Source: Thermoanaerobaculia bacterium (GTDB lineage: Bacteria; Acidobacteriota; Thermoanaerobaculia; UBA5066). Taken from it: a DNA stretch of 64,000 nucleotides. The notes under the pieces are model-generated. The model had not been told where the DNA came from and did not search any database. It saw only the letters and a list, made by a program, of their open reading frames with translations. Every line of letters starts with the position of its first letter. Within the stretch, counting starts at the first letter, position 1. The DNA lies in NCBI GenBank assembly GCA_963816185.1, contig CAWFJJ010000024.1, positions 384,001 to 448,000 on the forward strand, in the 5' to 3' direction. The position numbers were made by a program, and so were the translations under genes. Shown piece after piece: positions 27,743 to 37,490 of the stretch.

Positions 27743-29536
27743 ATGTTGACGAGTCTCCGCGTCCGCGACCTCGCAGTCCTCGAGGACGTCGAGGTGGCGT
27801 TCGGCGAAGGCCTCACCGTCCTGACGGGAGAGACGGGAGCCGGCAAGTCGCTCGTCGTGGACGCCGTGATGCTGCTTGCCGGAGGGCGGGCTGATCCCGC
27901 GCTCGTGAGGGCCGGGTCCGAGAGACTCGTCGTCGAGGGCGCGTTCGACTGCGACGACGCCGAGGCGCGGCGCGCTCTCGTCGAGGCGGGTCTCCTCGAG
28001 GATGGAGGCACGGGCTCTTTCGAGGTCGTCGTGCGGCGCGAGGTCGCCGCGGGCGGCAAGGGGCGGCTCCTCGTGAACGGCTCTCCGGCGGCCCTGAGGA
28101 CTCTGCAGGAGATCGCGCCGCGTCTTCTCGTGCTCTACGGGCAGGCGGAGGCGCGCGACCTCCTCGATCCCGACGCGCCTCGCCACCTTCTGGATCGGTT
28201 CGCGGGCCTCGGAGAAGGGGCGGCAGCCGCGGCCGATCGCTTTCGCGAGTTCGTCGGCGCCGAGCGCGATCTCGCGCGCCTCCACGAGGCGGCCCGGGAC
28301 CGCGTTCAAAGGCTCGAGCTGCTCGAATTCCAGATTGCCGAGATCGACGGGGTGGGGCCGAAAGAGGGAGAAGACGAGGAGATTTCTTCTGAAAGGAAGA
28401 GACTGGCCAGCGTCGAGAAAGTGGGCCAGCTTCTCGCAACGGCGACGAGCGCGCTGGAATCCGACGAGAGCGGCGCGATCCCTGCGGCTTCGGCTGCCCG
28501 CCGAGCTCTTCAGCAACTCGAAGAAATCTCCTCCTCGTACACCACCCGGAGCGCCGCCCTCGCCGAGGCGATCGAGCGGCTCAAAGAGGTTGCGTTCGAG
28601 ACCTCCCGCGACCTCGGGAGTCTCGAGGCGGATCCCGCGCGTGCCGCGTTCGTGGCCGAAAGGCTCGACGCCCTCGCGAAGCTGAAGAGAAAATACGGCG
28701 CGACGCTCGCCGAGGTCCTCGAACGGCGCGCGTCGCTCGGCCGGGAGCGCGACGAGCTTCTCGATCTCGAAGGCGCGGTGAAGAAGGCCGAAGGTGCGTC
28801 GGAAAAGGCCTTCTCCTCCTATCGCCGCGCCGCGCTCGAGCTGTCGGCCGGCCGCGAGGCGGCCGCGCCGCGCCTCGGGCGCGCCGTGGAAGAGCACCTT
28901 CGAGACCTCGCGTTCCTCAAATCGTCGTTCTCGGTTCTCGTGACGCGCCGCGAGGAGGAAGGGAGTCGTTTCGCGGCGGGAGGCAGCCGCGTCTCCTTCG
29001 GGACGCACGGCATCGACCAGGTGGCATTCGCCTTCGCACCGAACCCCGGAGAGCCGGCGCGGCCTCTCCAGAAGATCGCCTCGGGCGGGGAGCTCTCCCG
29101 CGTCCAGCTCGCGCTGGCGGCCGCGCTTGCGGCCGAGGAGTCGGAGTCCGAGGCAAAGCCTGCAACGAGGCGCCGCGGCGGCCCCGTCCGGACCTTCGTC
29201 TTCGACGAGGTGGACGCGGGCGTCTCGGGCGCGACGGCGGAAGCCGTCGGCCGGAAGCTGCGCGGCCTCGCGGCGAAAGAGCAGATCCTCGTCGTCACGC
29301 ATCTCGCACAAGTCGCAGCGGCCGGCGACTGCCACCTTTCGGTCTCGAAGGAGGCGGCCAAGGGCCGGACGCGGACGCGCGTGGAGGCGCTCGACGGGGC
29401 CGGGCGGGTCGAGGCGATCGCCGCCCTTCTCGCTGGGGCGTCCGTCGGGGAAGCGGCGCGGGCCCAGGCGCGGCAGCTCCTCTCCGCGTTCACCCCAGGC
29501 GGGCGCCGTCCACGACTTTCCAGCCGCTCTTCTTGA
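27743..29536 (+). CDS. recN: DNA repair protein RecN
   Basis: LTGETGAGKS, IASGGELSR, FDEVDAGVSG, VTHLAQVA. Confidence 0.96.
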   Translation: MLTSLRVRDLAVLEDVEVAFGEGLTVLTGETGAGKSLVVDAVMLLAGGRADPALVRAGSERLVVEGAFDCDDAEARRALVEAGLLEDGGTGSFEVVVRREVAAGGKGRLLVNGSPAALRTLQEIAPRLLVLYGQAEARDLLDPDAPRHLLDRFAGLGEGAAAAADRFREFVGAERDLARLHEAARDRVQRLELLEFQIAEIDGVGPKEGEDEEISSERKRLASVEKVGQLLATATSALESDESGAIPAASAARRALQQLEEISSSYTTRSAALAEAIERLKEVAFETSRDLGSLEADPARAAFVAERLDALAKLKRKYGATLAEVLERRASLGRERDELLDLEGAVKKAEGASEKAFSSYRRAALELSAGREAAAPRLGRAVEEHLRDLAFLKSSFSVLVTRREEEGSRFAAGGSRVSFGTHGIDQVAFAFAPNPGEPARPLQKIASGGELSRVQLALAAALAAEESESEAKPATRRRGGPVRTFVFDEVDAGVSGATAEAVGRKLRGLAAKEQILVVTHLAQVAAAGDCHLSVSKEAAKGRTRTRVEALDGAGRVEAIAALLAGASVGEAARAQARQLLSAFTPGGRRPRLSSRSS

Positions 29537-29641
29537 ACGTGATTCTCAGATGTAAGGCGCGCGCGAAGAAACCCCAGTATTTCCCTGTCTCACGCCGTCG
29601 AAATCGTTTAGATCCATAGATTTGGGACATTTCAACGTATC

Positions 29642-29650
29642 TGTGGAAAA
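29642..29650 (-). promoter_or_regulatory. DnaA-box consensus match (TTTTCCACA) in an AT-richer intergenic region
   Basis: TGTGGAAAA on the + strand fits TTWTNCACA. Confidence 0.4.
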
Positions 29651-29776
29651 GCCTGTGTGTTGCGGTCGAAAAAGGGGCCCGAAGCGGCATTTTTGCTTGG
29701 GTTTTTCCGCCTCGCACATAGCTCTGTGCACCGGGCCGATTCGGGCTCGCCGGCGCTTTGATATCGTTCGATTTCG

Positions 29777-30334
29777 ATGACGATCCGTTCTTATCGCGGC
29801 CTCATGCCCCGGCTCGGCTCGGGCGTGTTCATCGCGGAGACAGCGGCCGTCATCGGAGACGTCGTCCTGGGCGACGACGTGTCGATCTGGTACTCGGCGG
29901 TCGTTCGTGGCGATTGCTGCTCGATAAGAATCGGCGCGCGGTCGAACGTGCAGGATAATTGTTCGCTCCACGTGACGAAGAGGACCGGGCCTCTCACTCT
30001 GGAGGAGGAGGTCACGCTCGGACACAACGCCGTCGTGCACGCGTGCACGGTCCGCCGTGGAGCTCTCATCGGCATGAACGCGACGGTTCTCGACAATGCC
30101 GATGTCGGCGCGAGCGCCCTCGTCGCCGCCGGCGCGGTCGTCCTGAACGGCACGGTGATCCCGCCCGCCACGCTCTGGGCCGGCAATCCCGCGAGGCACC
30201 GGCGCGACCTCACGCCCGACGAGGTCGAGAGCCTCAAGACCTACTGGCAGAACTACCTCGAGTACAAGACCGATTACCTCGACAGCGAGGCGAAGGGCCG
30301 GGCGGACATGAACACGGCCCTTCGCCGCGCGTGA
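29777..30334 (+). CDS. Gamma carbonic anhydrase family protein (YrdA-like)
   Basis: VIGDV.LG, SIW..AVVRGD, NVQDN..LH, GH.AVVHAC hexapeptide repeats. Confidence 0.92.
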   Translation: MTIRSYRGLMPRLGSGVFIAETAAVIGDVVLGDDVSIWYSAVVRGDCCSIRIGARSNVQDNCSLHVTKRTGPLTLEEEVTLGHNAVVHACTVRRGALIGMNATVLDNADVGASALVAAGAVVLNGTVIPPATLWAGNPARHRRDLTPDEVESLKTYWQNYLEYKTDYLDSEAKGRADMNTALRRA

Positions 30335-30359
30335 CGCCCACGGCCCGCGAGGGCCCGCG

Positions 30360-31622
30360 ATGATCGCGAGCGTCAAGGGGACGCGCGACCTCCTCCCGCC
30401 CGAGACGCGCGTGTGGAACCGCGTCGAGGCGGCTGCGCGCGAGGTCTTCGCGCTCTACGGCTTCGACGAGATCCGGACGCCGACGCTGGAGTCCACGGAG
30501 CTCTTCGTGCGGAGCGTGGGGGAGTCGACGGACATCGTCCACAAAGAGATGTACACGTTCACCGACCGCGGCGGCCGTTCCGTGACGCTGCGCCCCGAGA
30601 ACACGGCGGGAGTCGCGCGCGCCTACGTCGAGCACACGCTTGCGCAGGCAGGGCGGCCCTGGAAGCTGTACTACATCGGGCCGCAGTTCCGGTACGAGCG
30701 CCCTCAGAAGGGCCGCTATCGCGAGTTCCGGCAGATCGGAGCCGAGATTCTCGGCCCCTCGGACGCCGCGACGGACGCCGAGCTGCTCGTCATGCTCTTC
30801 GACTTCCTCGGGCGGCTCGGGTTCATGGGACTTTCTGTTTCGCTCAATTCGGTGGGGACGGAAGTCGAGAGACCAGGGTTCATCCAGGCGCTGCGCGCCT
30901 GGTTTTCTTCGAAGGAGAATTTGCTGGACGAGGACGACCGGCGACGCCTCGCGGAGAATCCCCTGCGCATCCTCGACTCGAAAAATCAGCGCCTTGCTGA
31001 ATGGCTCGCCGATCCCTCGCTGCCGCGCATGGTCGATTACCTTTCGAAGGAATCTTCCGAACATCACACGATGCTTCTCGGCTTTCTCGACGCAGCTCGC
31101 ATCCCCTATCGGATGGATCCTCTTCTGGTCCGTGGCCTCGACTACTACACGCGCACCGTTTTCGAGGTCACGGCAGCCGGCCTCGGAGCGCAGGACGCGA
31201 TCCTCGGCGGGGGCCGCTACGACAAGCTCGTCTCCGACCTCGGGGGACCGAGGACCGCCGGGATCGGCTTCGCCATCGGGACGGATCGTCTCGTCGGCAT
31301 CCTGCCCGAGGCGTTCCGCTCGGCGGCGATCGAGGCCGTTCGGCCTGTCGTGCTGATCCCGCTCGAGCGCGCCGACGTGGCGGAGGCTCTCTCCCTCGCG
31401 AAGGACCTTCGGAAGGAGGGGATTCCCGTCGACCTCGTCACGGCCGCGAAAGGACCGGGGCACGGCCTGAAGGTGGCCGAGAAAACGGGGGCCGTCCTCG
31501 CCGTTCTTCTCGGGCAGAAGGAGCGCGAAGGGGGAGTCGTGAACGTCAAGGATCTCGCGCGGCGGACGCAGGAGGCGCTCCCGCGGCTCGGCCTCGCGGC
31601 CGCTCTGCGCGCGCGTCTGTAA
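30360..31622 (+). CDS. hisS: Histidine--tRNA ligase
   Basis: KGTRDLLP, KEMYTF, LRPENTA, FRYERPQKGRYREF.Q, LVRGLDYY, GGGRYD. Confidence 0.97.
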   Translation: MIASVKGTRDLLPPETRVWNRVEAAAREVFALYGFDEIRTPTLESTELFVRSVGESTDIVHKEMYTFTDRGGRSVTLRPENTAGVARAYVEHTLAQAGRPWKLYYIGPQFRYERPQKGRYREFRQIGAEILGPSDAATDAELLVMLFDFLGRLGFMGLSVSLNSVGTEVERPGFIQALRAWFSSKENLLDEDDRRRLAENPLRILDSKNQRLAEWLADPSLPRMVDYLSKESSEHHTMLLGFLDAARIPYRMDPLLVRGLDYYTRTVFEVTAAGLGAQDAILGGGRYDKLVSDLGGPRTAGIGFAIGTDRLVGILPEAFRSAAIEAVRPVVLIPLERADVAEALSLAKDLRKEGIPVDLVTAAKGPGHGLKVAEKTGAVLAVLLGQKEREGGVVNVKDLARRTQEALPRLGLAAALRARL

Positions 31623-31633
31623 GATCCGCCACC

Positions 31634-33400
31634 ATGTCCTCAGTCGCACGCACCCCCGCCGGAACGCTCCGCAAGGCCGACGTCGGGCGGACCGTTCGCC
31701 TCCAGGGGTGGGTAAACCGCCGCCGCGACCACGGCGAGCTCGTGTTCATCGACCTGCGCGACCGCTCCGGGATCGCCCAGGTCGTGTTCGACGCCCGGTT
31801 CGTGCCGGCGCCCGATCTGCTCGAAAAAGCCAAGGAGCTTCGAAACGAGTTCGTCCTCGACGTGACAGGTACCGTCGTCGAGCGTGAGGGACTCAGCGTC
31901 AACCGCGAGCTCCCGACGGGTGAGATCGAGGTCCGCGCGACGGCGCTCTCGATCCTGAATCGGGCCGACACGCCGCCCTTCCCGATCGAGGACGGCATCA
32001 AGGCGTCGGAGGACTTGCGCCTCACGTATCGCTATCTCGACCTCAGGCGTCCCGAGATGACGAAGAAGTTCATGACGCGGAGCGCCGTGACGATGGCGAT
32101 CCGCGAGGTGATGCACGCCGAGGGTTTTCTCGACGTGGAGACGCCCATCCTCACGAAGTCGACGCCCGAAGGCGCGCGCGACTTCCTCGTCCCGTCGCGG
32201 ATTCACGAGGGCGAGTTCTACGCCCTCCCGCAGTCGCCGCAGCTCTTCAAGCAGCTCCTGATGGTCTCGGGGATGGAGCGTTACTACCAGATCGCCCGCT
32301 GCTTCCGCGACGAGGACCTCCGGGCCGACCGCCAGCCCGAGTTCACGCAGGTGGACATCGAGATGTCGTTTCCGAGCGAGGAGGCCGTCTTCACCCTCGT
32401 CGAGAGGATCTTCACGAAGGTGTTCCCCGCGTGGGGGATTCCGTGCGAGGCGCCTTTTCGGCGGATGACGTACGACGAGGCGATGGAGCGCTTCGGCATC
32501 GACCGGCCGGACACGCGCTTCGCCCTCGAGCTCGGAACGATATTGCGGCGCTTCGAAGAGAACCTTTCTTCGAAGGTGGAGAGAGTGAAGGGCCTGTGCG
32601 TGCCGGGAGGCGCGTCGTTTTCGCGCAAGCGCCTCGACGATCTCGAAAAGGGCGCGCGGGCGGCGGGCGTCGAGTGGTTCTTCTGGGTGAAGACGGCCGC
32701 CGCGGGAAGCTGGAATTCCAATTCGAAGAAAATCTTCAGCGACGCTTCGGTCGAGAAGATGCGTGCCGAGTTCGGCGCGGGAGATGGCGATCTCGTTCTT
32801 CTCGCGGCAGGGAAGGCCAAGTCCGTCTTCGACTTCCTCGGCGCCCTCCGCGTCCAGATCGCGCGCGAGGAGAAGCTCGTCCCTGAGGGGCGCTACGACT
32901 TCCTCTGGGTGACCGGGTTCCCGCTTCTCGAGTGGCACGAGGAGGACGCCCGCTGGTATTCGATGCACCATCCGTTCACGTCGCCGCGAGATGAGGACCT
33001 GCCGTTTCTCGAATCGGACCCCGGCCGCGTGAAGGCGCGCGCTTACGACGTCGTCTTGAACGGCATGGAGCTCGGCGGCGGGTCCGTCCGAATCCACCGG
33101 CCCGACGTGCAATCCCGCGTCTTCGAGCGGCTCGGCATCGGCCCCGAAGAAGCGCGCGCGAAGTTCGGATTCCTCCTCGATGCGTTTCGATTCGGCGCGC
33201 CGCCGCACGGGGGGATCGCGCTCGGCCTCGACCGCATCCTCATGATCCTGACGGGCTCGTCCTCGATTCGCGACGTCATCGCGTTCCCGAAGACCGCCTC
33301 CGGGTCGGATCTCATGACGCAGTGCCCGAACCCCGTGTCGCCCGAGCAGCTCGCCGAGCTGCACATCGCGCTCGCGAAGCCGCCGAAGTCCGAGGGCTGA
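31634..33400 (+). CDS. aspS: Aspartate--tRNA ligase
   Basis: RRDHG..FIDLRD, STPEGARDFLVPSR, LPQSPQLFKQ, FRDEDLRADRQPEFTQ, GAPPHGGIALGLDR. Confidence 0.97.
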   Translation: MSSVARTPAGTLRKADVGRTVRLQGWVNRRRDHGELVFIDLRDRSGIAQVVFDARFVPAPDLLEKAKELRNEFVLDVTGTVVEREGLSVNRELPTGEIEVRATALSILNRADTPPFPIEDGIKASEDLRLTYRYLDLRRPEMTKKFMTRSAVTMAIREVMHAEGFLDVETPILTKSTPEGARDFLVPSRIHEGEFYALPQSPQLFKQLLMVSGMERYYQIARCFRDEDLRADRQPEFTQVDIEMSFPSEEAVFTLVERIFTKVFPAWGIPCEAPFRRMTYDEAMERFGIDRPDTRFALELGTILRRFEENLSSKVERVKGLCVPGGASFSRKRLDDLEKGARAAGVEWFFWVKTAAAGSWNSNSKKIFSDASVEKMRAEFGAGDGDLVLLAAGKAKSVFDFLGALRVQIAREEKLVPEGRYDFLWVTGFPLLEWHEEDARWYSMHHPFTSPRDEDLPFLESDPGRVKARAYDVVLNGMELGGGSVRIHRPDVQSRVFERLGIGPEEARAKFGFLLDAFRFGAPPHGGIALGLDRILMILTGSSSIRDVIAFPKTASGSDLMTQCPNPVSPEQLAELHIALAKPPKSEG

Positions 33401-33471
33401 AGAGAATATTTCTTGTCTAAGAAGAGAAAAGAGAAGAGAAGATTTTCTTAGAAGGGGGAGAGGGGAAGGGC

Positions 33472-34614
33472 ATGCGATTGCGGAAAGCCCGGCATCTCTC
33501 CTCCTTTTCGTTTGTCGCGGGGGGCGTCCGCACGGACGTCGTCGTTGGGCCAGGCGCGCTGCGCGGCCTCGACGCGCGCCTCGGCCGCATCGCGCCGGGT
33601 CGCTGGTTTCTCATCTCTTCTAAGAAGGTCTTTCTCCTGCATGGCCACTTGCTGTCATCTGGAGGCGTTGAGCGGGTCCTCGATCCGAAGCCCCTCCTCG
33701 TCCCCGACGGCGAGGCCGCCAAGACCTGGGACGTCCTCGGGCGCCTCCTCGAAGAGCTCGCCCGGCGCGGGCTTCGGCGGGACGGTGGCATCGTCGCGCT
33801 CGGGGGCGGAACGGTGGGGGACGTCGCGGGCTTCGCGGCGGCGCTCGCTCTGCGCGGGGTGCCCGTCGTCCAGGCTCCCACGACGCTGCTCGCGGCCACC
33901 GACAGCGCCCTCGGCGGCAAGACCGCCGTGGATCTTCCTTCCGGAAAGAACCTCGCGGGCGCATTCCATGCGGCCCGCCTCATCGTCGTCGACACGTCCA
34001 CGCTCGAGACTCTTCCGCTTCGCGCGTATCGCTCCGGCCTTGCGGAGGTCGTGAAGACCTCGATGCTCGACGCGGGATTCCATCGTGCGATGGCGCGTCT
34101 CCTGGCGCCTCTCTCCTCCCGCGAACCGGTCGCCGTCTCCGAGGCCGTGCGCCGGTCTCTGGCCGTCAAGGCGCGCTCCGTGGCGCGCGATCCGTTCGAA
34201 CGGACCGGAGAGAGGGCGGCCCTGAACCTCGGACATACCGTGGGTCACGCCCTCGAGACGGCGTCCGGGCATCGCCTCGAGCATGGGGAGGCTGTCGCCT
34301 GGGGGCTGCTCGCGGCCTTGCGCCTTTCGGTTACGCGAGCGGGGCTCTCGACGCGGATGGCCGAAGCCCTCGCCGGGCGAGTTCTCCGCCTCGTGCAGCC
34401 GCCCGGGCCCTCGGTCGCAGCGTTGCGCGGGGTCCGGGCGCTTCTTCGCTCCGACAAGAAAGCCGACCGGCTCGGCCTCAAGGCGGTCGTCCTCGCGAGG
34501 CCCGGTCGGGCCATGCTCGTGAGCGCCGACGCGTCCGAGCTCATGGAGGCGTTCGAGGCCGTTCTTGCGCGGTACAATAGCGTTGGATGGGTGTTGCCCG
34601 GGTTCCGCGCCTGA
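33472..34614 (+). CDS. aroB: 3-dehydroquinate synthase
   Basis: PDGEAAK, ALGGGTVGDVAGF, PTTLLA..DSALGGKT, LNLGHTVGHALE, HGEAV. Confidence 0.92.
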   Translation: MRLRKARHLSSFSFVAGGVRTDVVVGPGALRGLDARLGRIAPGRWFLISSKKVFLLHGHLLSSGGVERVLDPKPLLVPDGEAAKTWDVLGRLLEELARRGLRRDGGIVALGGGTVGDVAGFAAALALRGVPVVQAPTTLLAATDSALGGKTAVDLPSGKNLAGAFHAARLIVVDTSTLETLPLRAYRSGLAEVVKTSMLDAGFHRAMARLLAPLSSREPVAVSEAVRRSLAVKARSVARDPFERTGERAALNLGHTVGHALETASGHRLEHGEAVAWGLLAALRLSVTRAGLSTRMAEALAGRVLRLVQPPGPSVAALRGVRALLRSDKKADRLGLKAVVLARPGRAMLVSADASELMEAFEAVLARYNSVGWVLPGFRA

Positions 34615-36314
34615 GGATCGTGACCGCTCTGCTCGCAGCGCTGATCCTCGTGTCGATCGTTCCCCTCGCCTTGCTGCATTTCAACCTCATCCGGATCAAT
34701 CGGGACGCTCTCGAAACAGCCGAGAAGAAGGACCTGAAGAACAGCTCGGTGATGCTCGCCGACAGCTTCGCCACCTACATCACGAACGCCCAGTCGCAGC
34801 TCAAGAAGATCGCGGACGGCATCCGTCTCGCGAGCTCGATGTCCACGGATCCTTTCTTCTATCTCTCGAAAAAGCAGCTCTTGCGTGAATATGCGGACAC
34901 CGAGTCGAGCTTCCCGGTCCTGCGCGCCCTCGATCGCGACGGCGTCGCGTCGTCCGATTCCACGCCGCCCGATCCGGACGTGGAACGCCCGCTCAGCCAG
35001 GCCTACAACGCCGCGATGCGCGGAGATACGTACGTCGCCGACCCGATCTTTCCCCGGTCCCTTCCGAACGGCGCGCTCGTTCTCGCGGTCCCCGTTCGGC
35101 CCTCGGAAGGCCAGGAGCCGATCGGCGTCGTCGAGGCCCTGCTGTCGCTCAAGTTCATCAAGGCGAAGCTCGACGAGGCGGGACAGAGCGGCGTCCTGGC
35201 GTATGTCGTCGACCGGTCGGGCACGCTCATCCTGTCGAGCGACGCCTCGGCCTTCCGTTCGAAGGACGTACACAATCTCGACCTCGTGAGCGAGTTCATC
35301 GCGCACCCCGTCCGAATCACGAAATCGTACATGCGGGGCGAGGGCAAGACGGCGCATCGCGTCCTCGGCACGCTCGCGACGATGCCGACGCCGGACTGGG
35401 GCGTCATCGTGGAGAAGGACGAGGCGCAGGCCTACGCGTCGGTCGCGCAGATGCAGAAGGCATCCTCTCTTCTCGCAGTGTTCTCGCTCCTGTTCGCCGG
35501 CGTCGTCGCGCTGGTGGCCGCGCGGCTGCTCGCACACCCGCTCGTCGAGCTCGTCGCGAAGGTGCGGTCGATCGCGGAGGGCAACTTCAAGCAGCGGGTC
35601 GAAGTCCGCGGCGCACGCGAGCTCGCGGAATTGTCCGAGACGTTCAACTCCATGTCCGACTCGATCGAAAAGTCGGTCGACAGGCTGAAACGCGCGGCGA
35701 AAGAGAACCAGGAGCTTTTCATCAACTCCGTGCGTACGCTCGCAGCCGCGATCGACGCGAAGGACCCGTATACGCGCGGCCACTCGGAGCGGGTCGCCCG
35801 GTATGCCGTCGTCCTCGCGCGCCACATGGACCTCTCCCCGGAGGAGGTGCGGGTGGTGCGCTTGTCCGCGCTTCTCCACGACGTGGGCAAGATCGGCATC
35901 GACGACCGCATCCTGAGGAAGCCCACGGCTCTCACGAGCGAGGAATTCGAGATCATGAAGACGCACCCGGCCAAGGGCGCGGTTATCATGGGCCAGATTC
36001 CGCAGCTCAAGGACGTCATCCCGGGCATCAAACATCATCACGAGAAGTGGGCGGGCGGGGGCTACCCGGACGGTTTGAAGGGGGAGGGCATCCCGCTCGT
36101 CGCGCGTGTCGTGGCCGTGGCGGACACGTTCGACGCCATGACGACGACGCGTCCCTATCAGAAGGCCATGCCGCTCACCTACGTCATCACCCAGATCATC
36201 TCCTTCGCGGGAAAATCGTTCGACCCGGCCGTGATCGCCGCCCTCGACAAGGCGTGGAATTCAGGCGACTTCGAGTTCCTCGGAGAAGAGGTACCGCTGA
36301 AGGCCTCGGCGTGA
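34587..36314 (+). CDS. Membrane-bound Cache/HAMP HD-GYP cyclic-dinucleotide phosphodiesterase
   Basis: Two TM segments and HAMP. DAKDPYTRGHSERV, LHDVGKIG, HHEKW.GGGYPDG, DTFDAM...RPY. Confidence 0.9.
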   Translation: MGVARVPRLRIVTALLAALILVSIVPLALLHFNLIRINRDALETAEKKDLKNSSVMLADSFATYITNAQSQLKKIADGIRLASSMSTDPFFYLSKKQLLREYADTESSFPVLRALDRDGVASSDSTPPDPDVERPLSQAYNAAMRGDTYVADPIFPRSLPNGALVLAVPVRPSEGQEPIGVVEALLSLKFIKAKLDEAGQSGVLAYVVDRSGTLILSSDASAFRSKDVHNLDLVSEFIAHPVRITKSYMRGEGKTAHRVLGTLATMPTPDWGVIVEKDEAQAYASVAQMQKASSLLAVFSLLFAGVVALVAARLLAHPLVELVAKVRSIAEGNFKQRVEVRGARELAELSETFNSMSDSIEKSVDRLKRAAKENQELFINSVRTLAAAIDAKDPYTRGHSERVARYAVVLARHMDLSPEEVRVVRLSALLHDVGKIGIDDRILRKPTALTSEEFEIMKTHPAKGAVIMGQIPQLKDVIPGIKHHHEKWAGGGYPDGLKGEGIPLVARVVAVADTFDAMTTTRPYQKAMPLTYVITQIISFAGKSFDPAVIAALDKAWNSGDFEFLGEEVPLKASA

Positions 36315-37114
36315 GGACGCGGAGCGTCCGGCCCGCCTGTCTCGCCGCGGCGGTTCTGCTCGCGCTCTTTGCCGGCCTCGGTGGATGCGGGAGCGCCTCT
36401 TCGCCTCCGAAGGAGAACCCCGGCCTCGCCGACCTCGTCGACTATCGGGCCGGGCTTTCCATGCTGCGGGAAGGCCGCGCGGACGAGGCCATTCAGATCC
36501 TCCTCAGGGCGCGTACGAGCTCGCCCCGGGATCCGCACGTTCCGAACGCGCTCGGGCTCGCCCTTCTTTTCAAGAAGGACTACCCGGGCGCGCTCAAGGC
36601 GTTCTCGGACGCGCTCTCCCTCGACGCCACGTTCGTCGAAGCGCGGAACAACCGGGGGGTCGCACAGATGGAGGCGGGCCACTACGCGGAAGCCGAGGTC
36701 GACTTTCAGGCGGTCCTCGACGGCCCTCCGACGCCGGAGAAAGCGAATGCGCACTACAACCTCGGCCTCCTGTACCGCAGGCGCGAGGCCTGGCGCGACG
36801 CCGAACGCGAATTCTCGCTTACTCTCGCCGACTCACCCGACAATGACCGGGCGTTTCGAGAACGGGGGCTCGCGCGCATGAAGCTCGACAAGCTCGATGG
36901 CGCGCTCGAGGATTTTCTCTCCGTCCTCAAGAACGAACCGCAGGATCCGGTCTCGAACTACCAGGCCGCGCTGTGTCTCTTGTCGAGCGGACGGCGCGAT
37001 CTCGCGATCCGCTACATGCAGCGCACGGTCAATGCCGCGCCCGAGAGTGACGAAGGACGGCGCGCACGCCGCTTCCTCGCAAACGAGCCAGCGACTCCGG
37101 AGACCAACCGATGA
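36311..37114 (+). CDS. TPR lipoprotein (PilF/PilW-like)
   Basis: Lipobox LGGC. TPR motifs NALG, ARNNRG, AHYNLG. Confidence 0.8.
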   Translation: MRTRSVRPACLAAAVLLALFAGLGGCGSASSPPKENPGLADLVDYRAGLSMLREGRADEAIQILLRARTSSPRDPHVPNALGLALLFKKDYPGALKAFSDALSLDATFVEARNNRGVAQMEAGHYAEAEVDFQAVLDGPPTPEKANAHYNLGLLYRRREAWRDAEREFSLTLADSPDNDRAFRERGLARMKLDKLDGALEDFLSVLKNEPQDPVSNYQAALCLLSSGRRDLAIRYMQRTVNAAPESDEGRRARRFLANEPATPETNR

Positions 37115-37461
37115 GGTTCGCAGATGCGCTCGAAGACCTTCTGGACGCTCCGGGCGCCTTGGGCGCCGCCTTCATCGATCCGCAGGGCGAGGTCATCGCA
37201 CGCGTGGGTGCCAAGAGCGCGACGGAAGTTCTCGGCGCCTACCAGTCCGTCTGGCTGGGTGAGCTCCGCCGCGCGGCCGAGCGCTCGGGCCTCGGCGAGA
37301 TTTCCAATCTCTCGTTCCGGTTCGCGAACCGACGGATTCTCACGAGTCACGTGAAAGCGGGCTACTTCGTCCTCGTCGTCTTCGACGAAGGCGGCCAGCC
37401 GCACGCGGCGCGCCCGCGGCTCGACGAGGCCGGCGCGCGTCTCGTCTCCGAGATCTCGTGA
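37111..37461 (+). CDS. Roadblock/LC7 domain protein
   Basis: L..L...PGALGAAFID..GEVI and GYFVLVVF. 116 aa. Confidence 0.75.
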   Translation: MRFADALEDLLDAPGALGAAFIDPQGEVIARVGAKSATEVLGAYQSVWLGELRRAAERSGLGEISNLSFRFANRRILTSHVKAGYFVLVVFDEGGQPHAARPRLDEAGARLVSEIS

Positions 37462-37490
37462 GCCGCGCGTCCTGCTAGTCTCGGAGGTCG

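Noticed and set aside
26228-29335. Very long antisense or alternate-frame ORFs (e.g. 26228-29335, 41292-43889, 17509-19506)
   Set aside because: Shadow ORFs expected at high GC, opposite well-supported genes, with no recognisable motifs.
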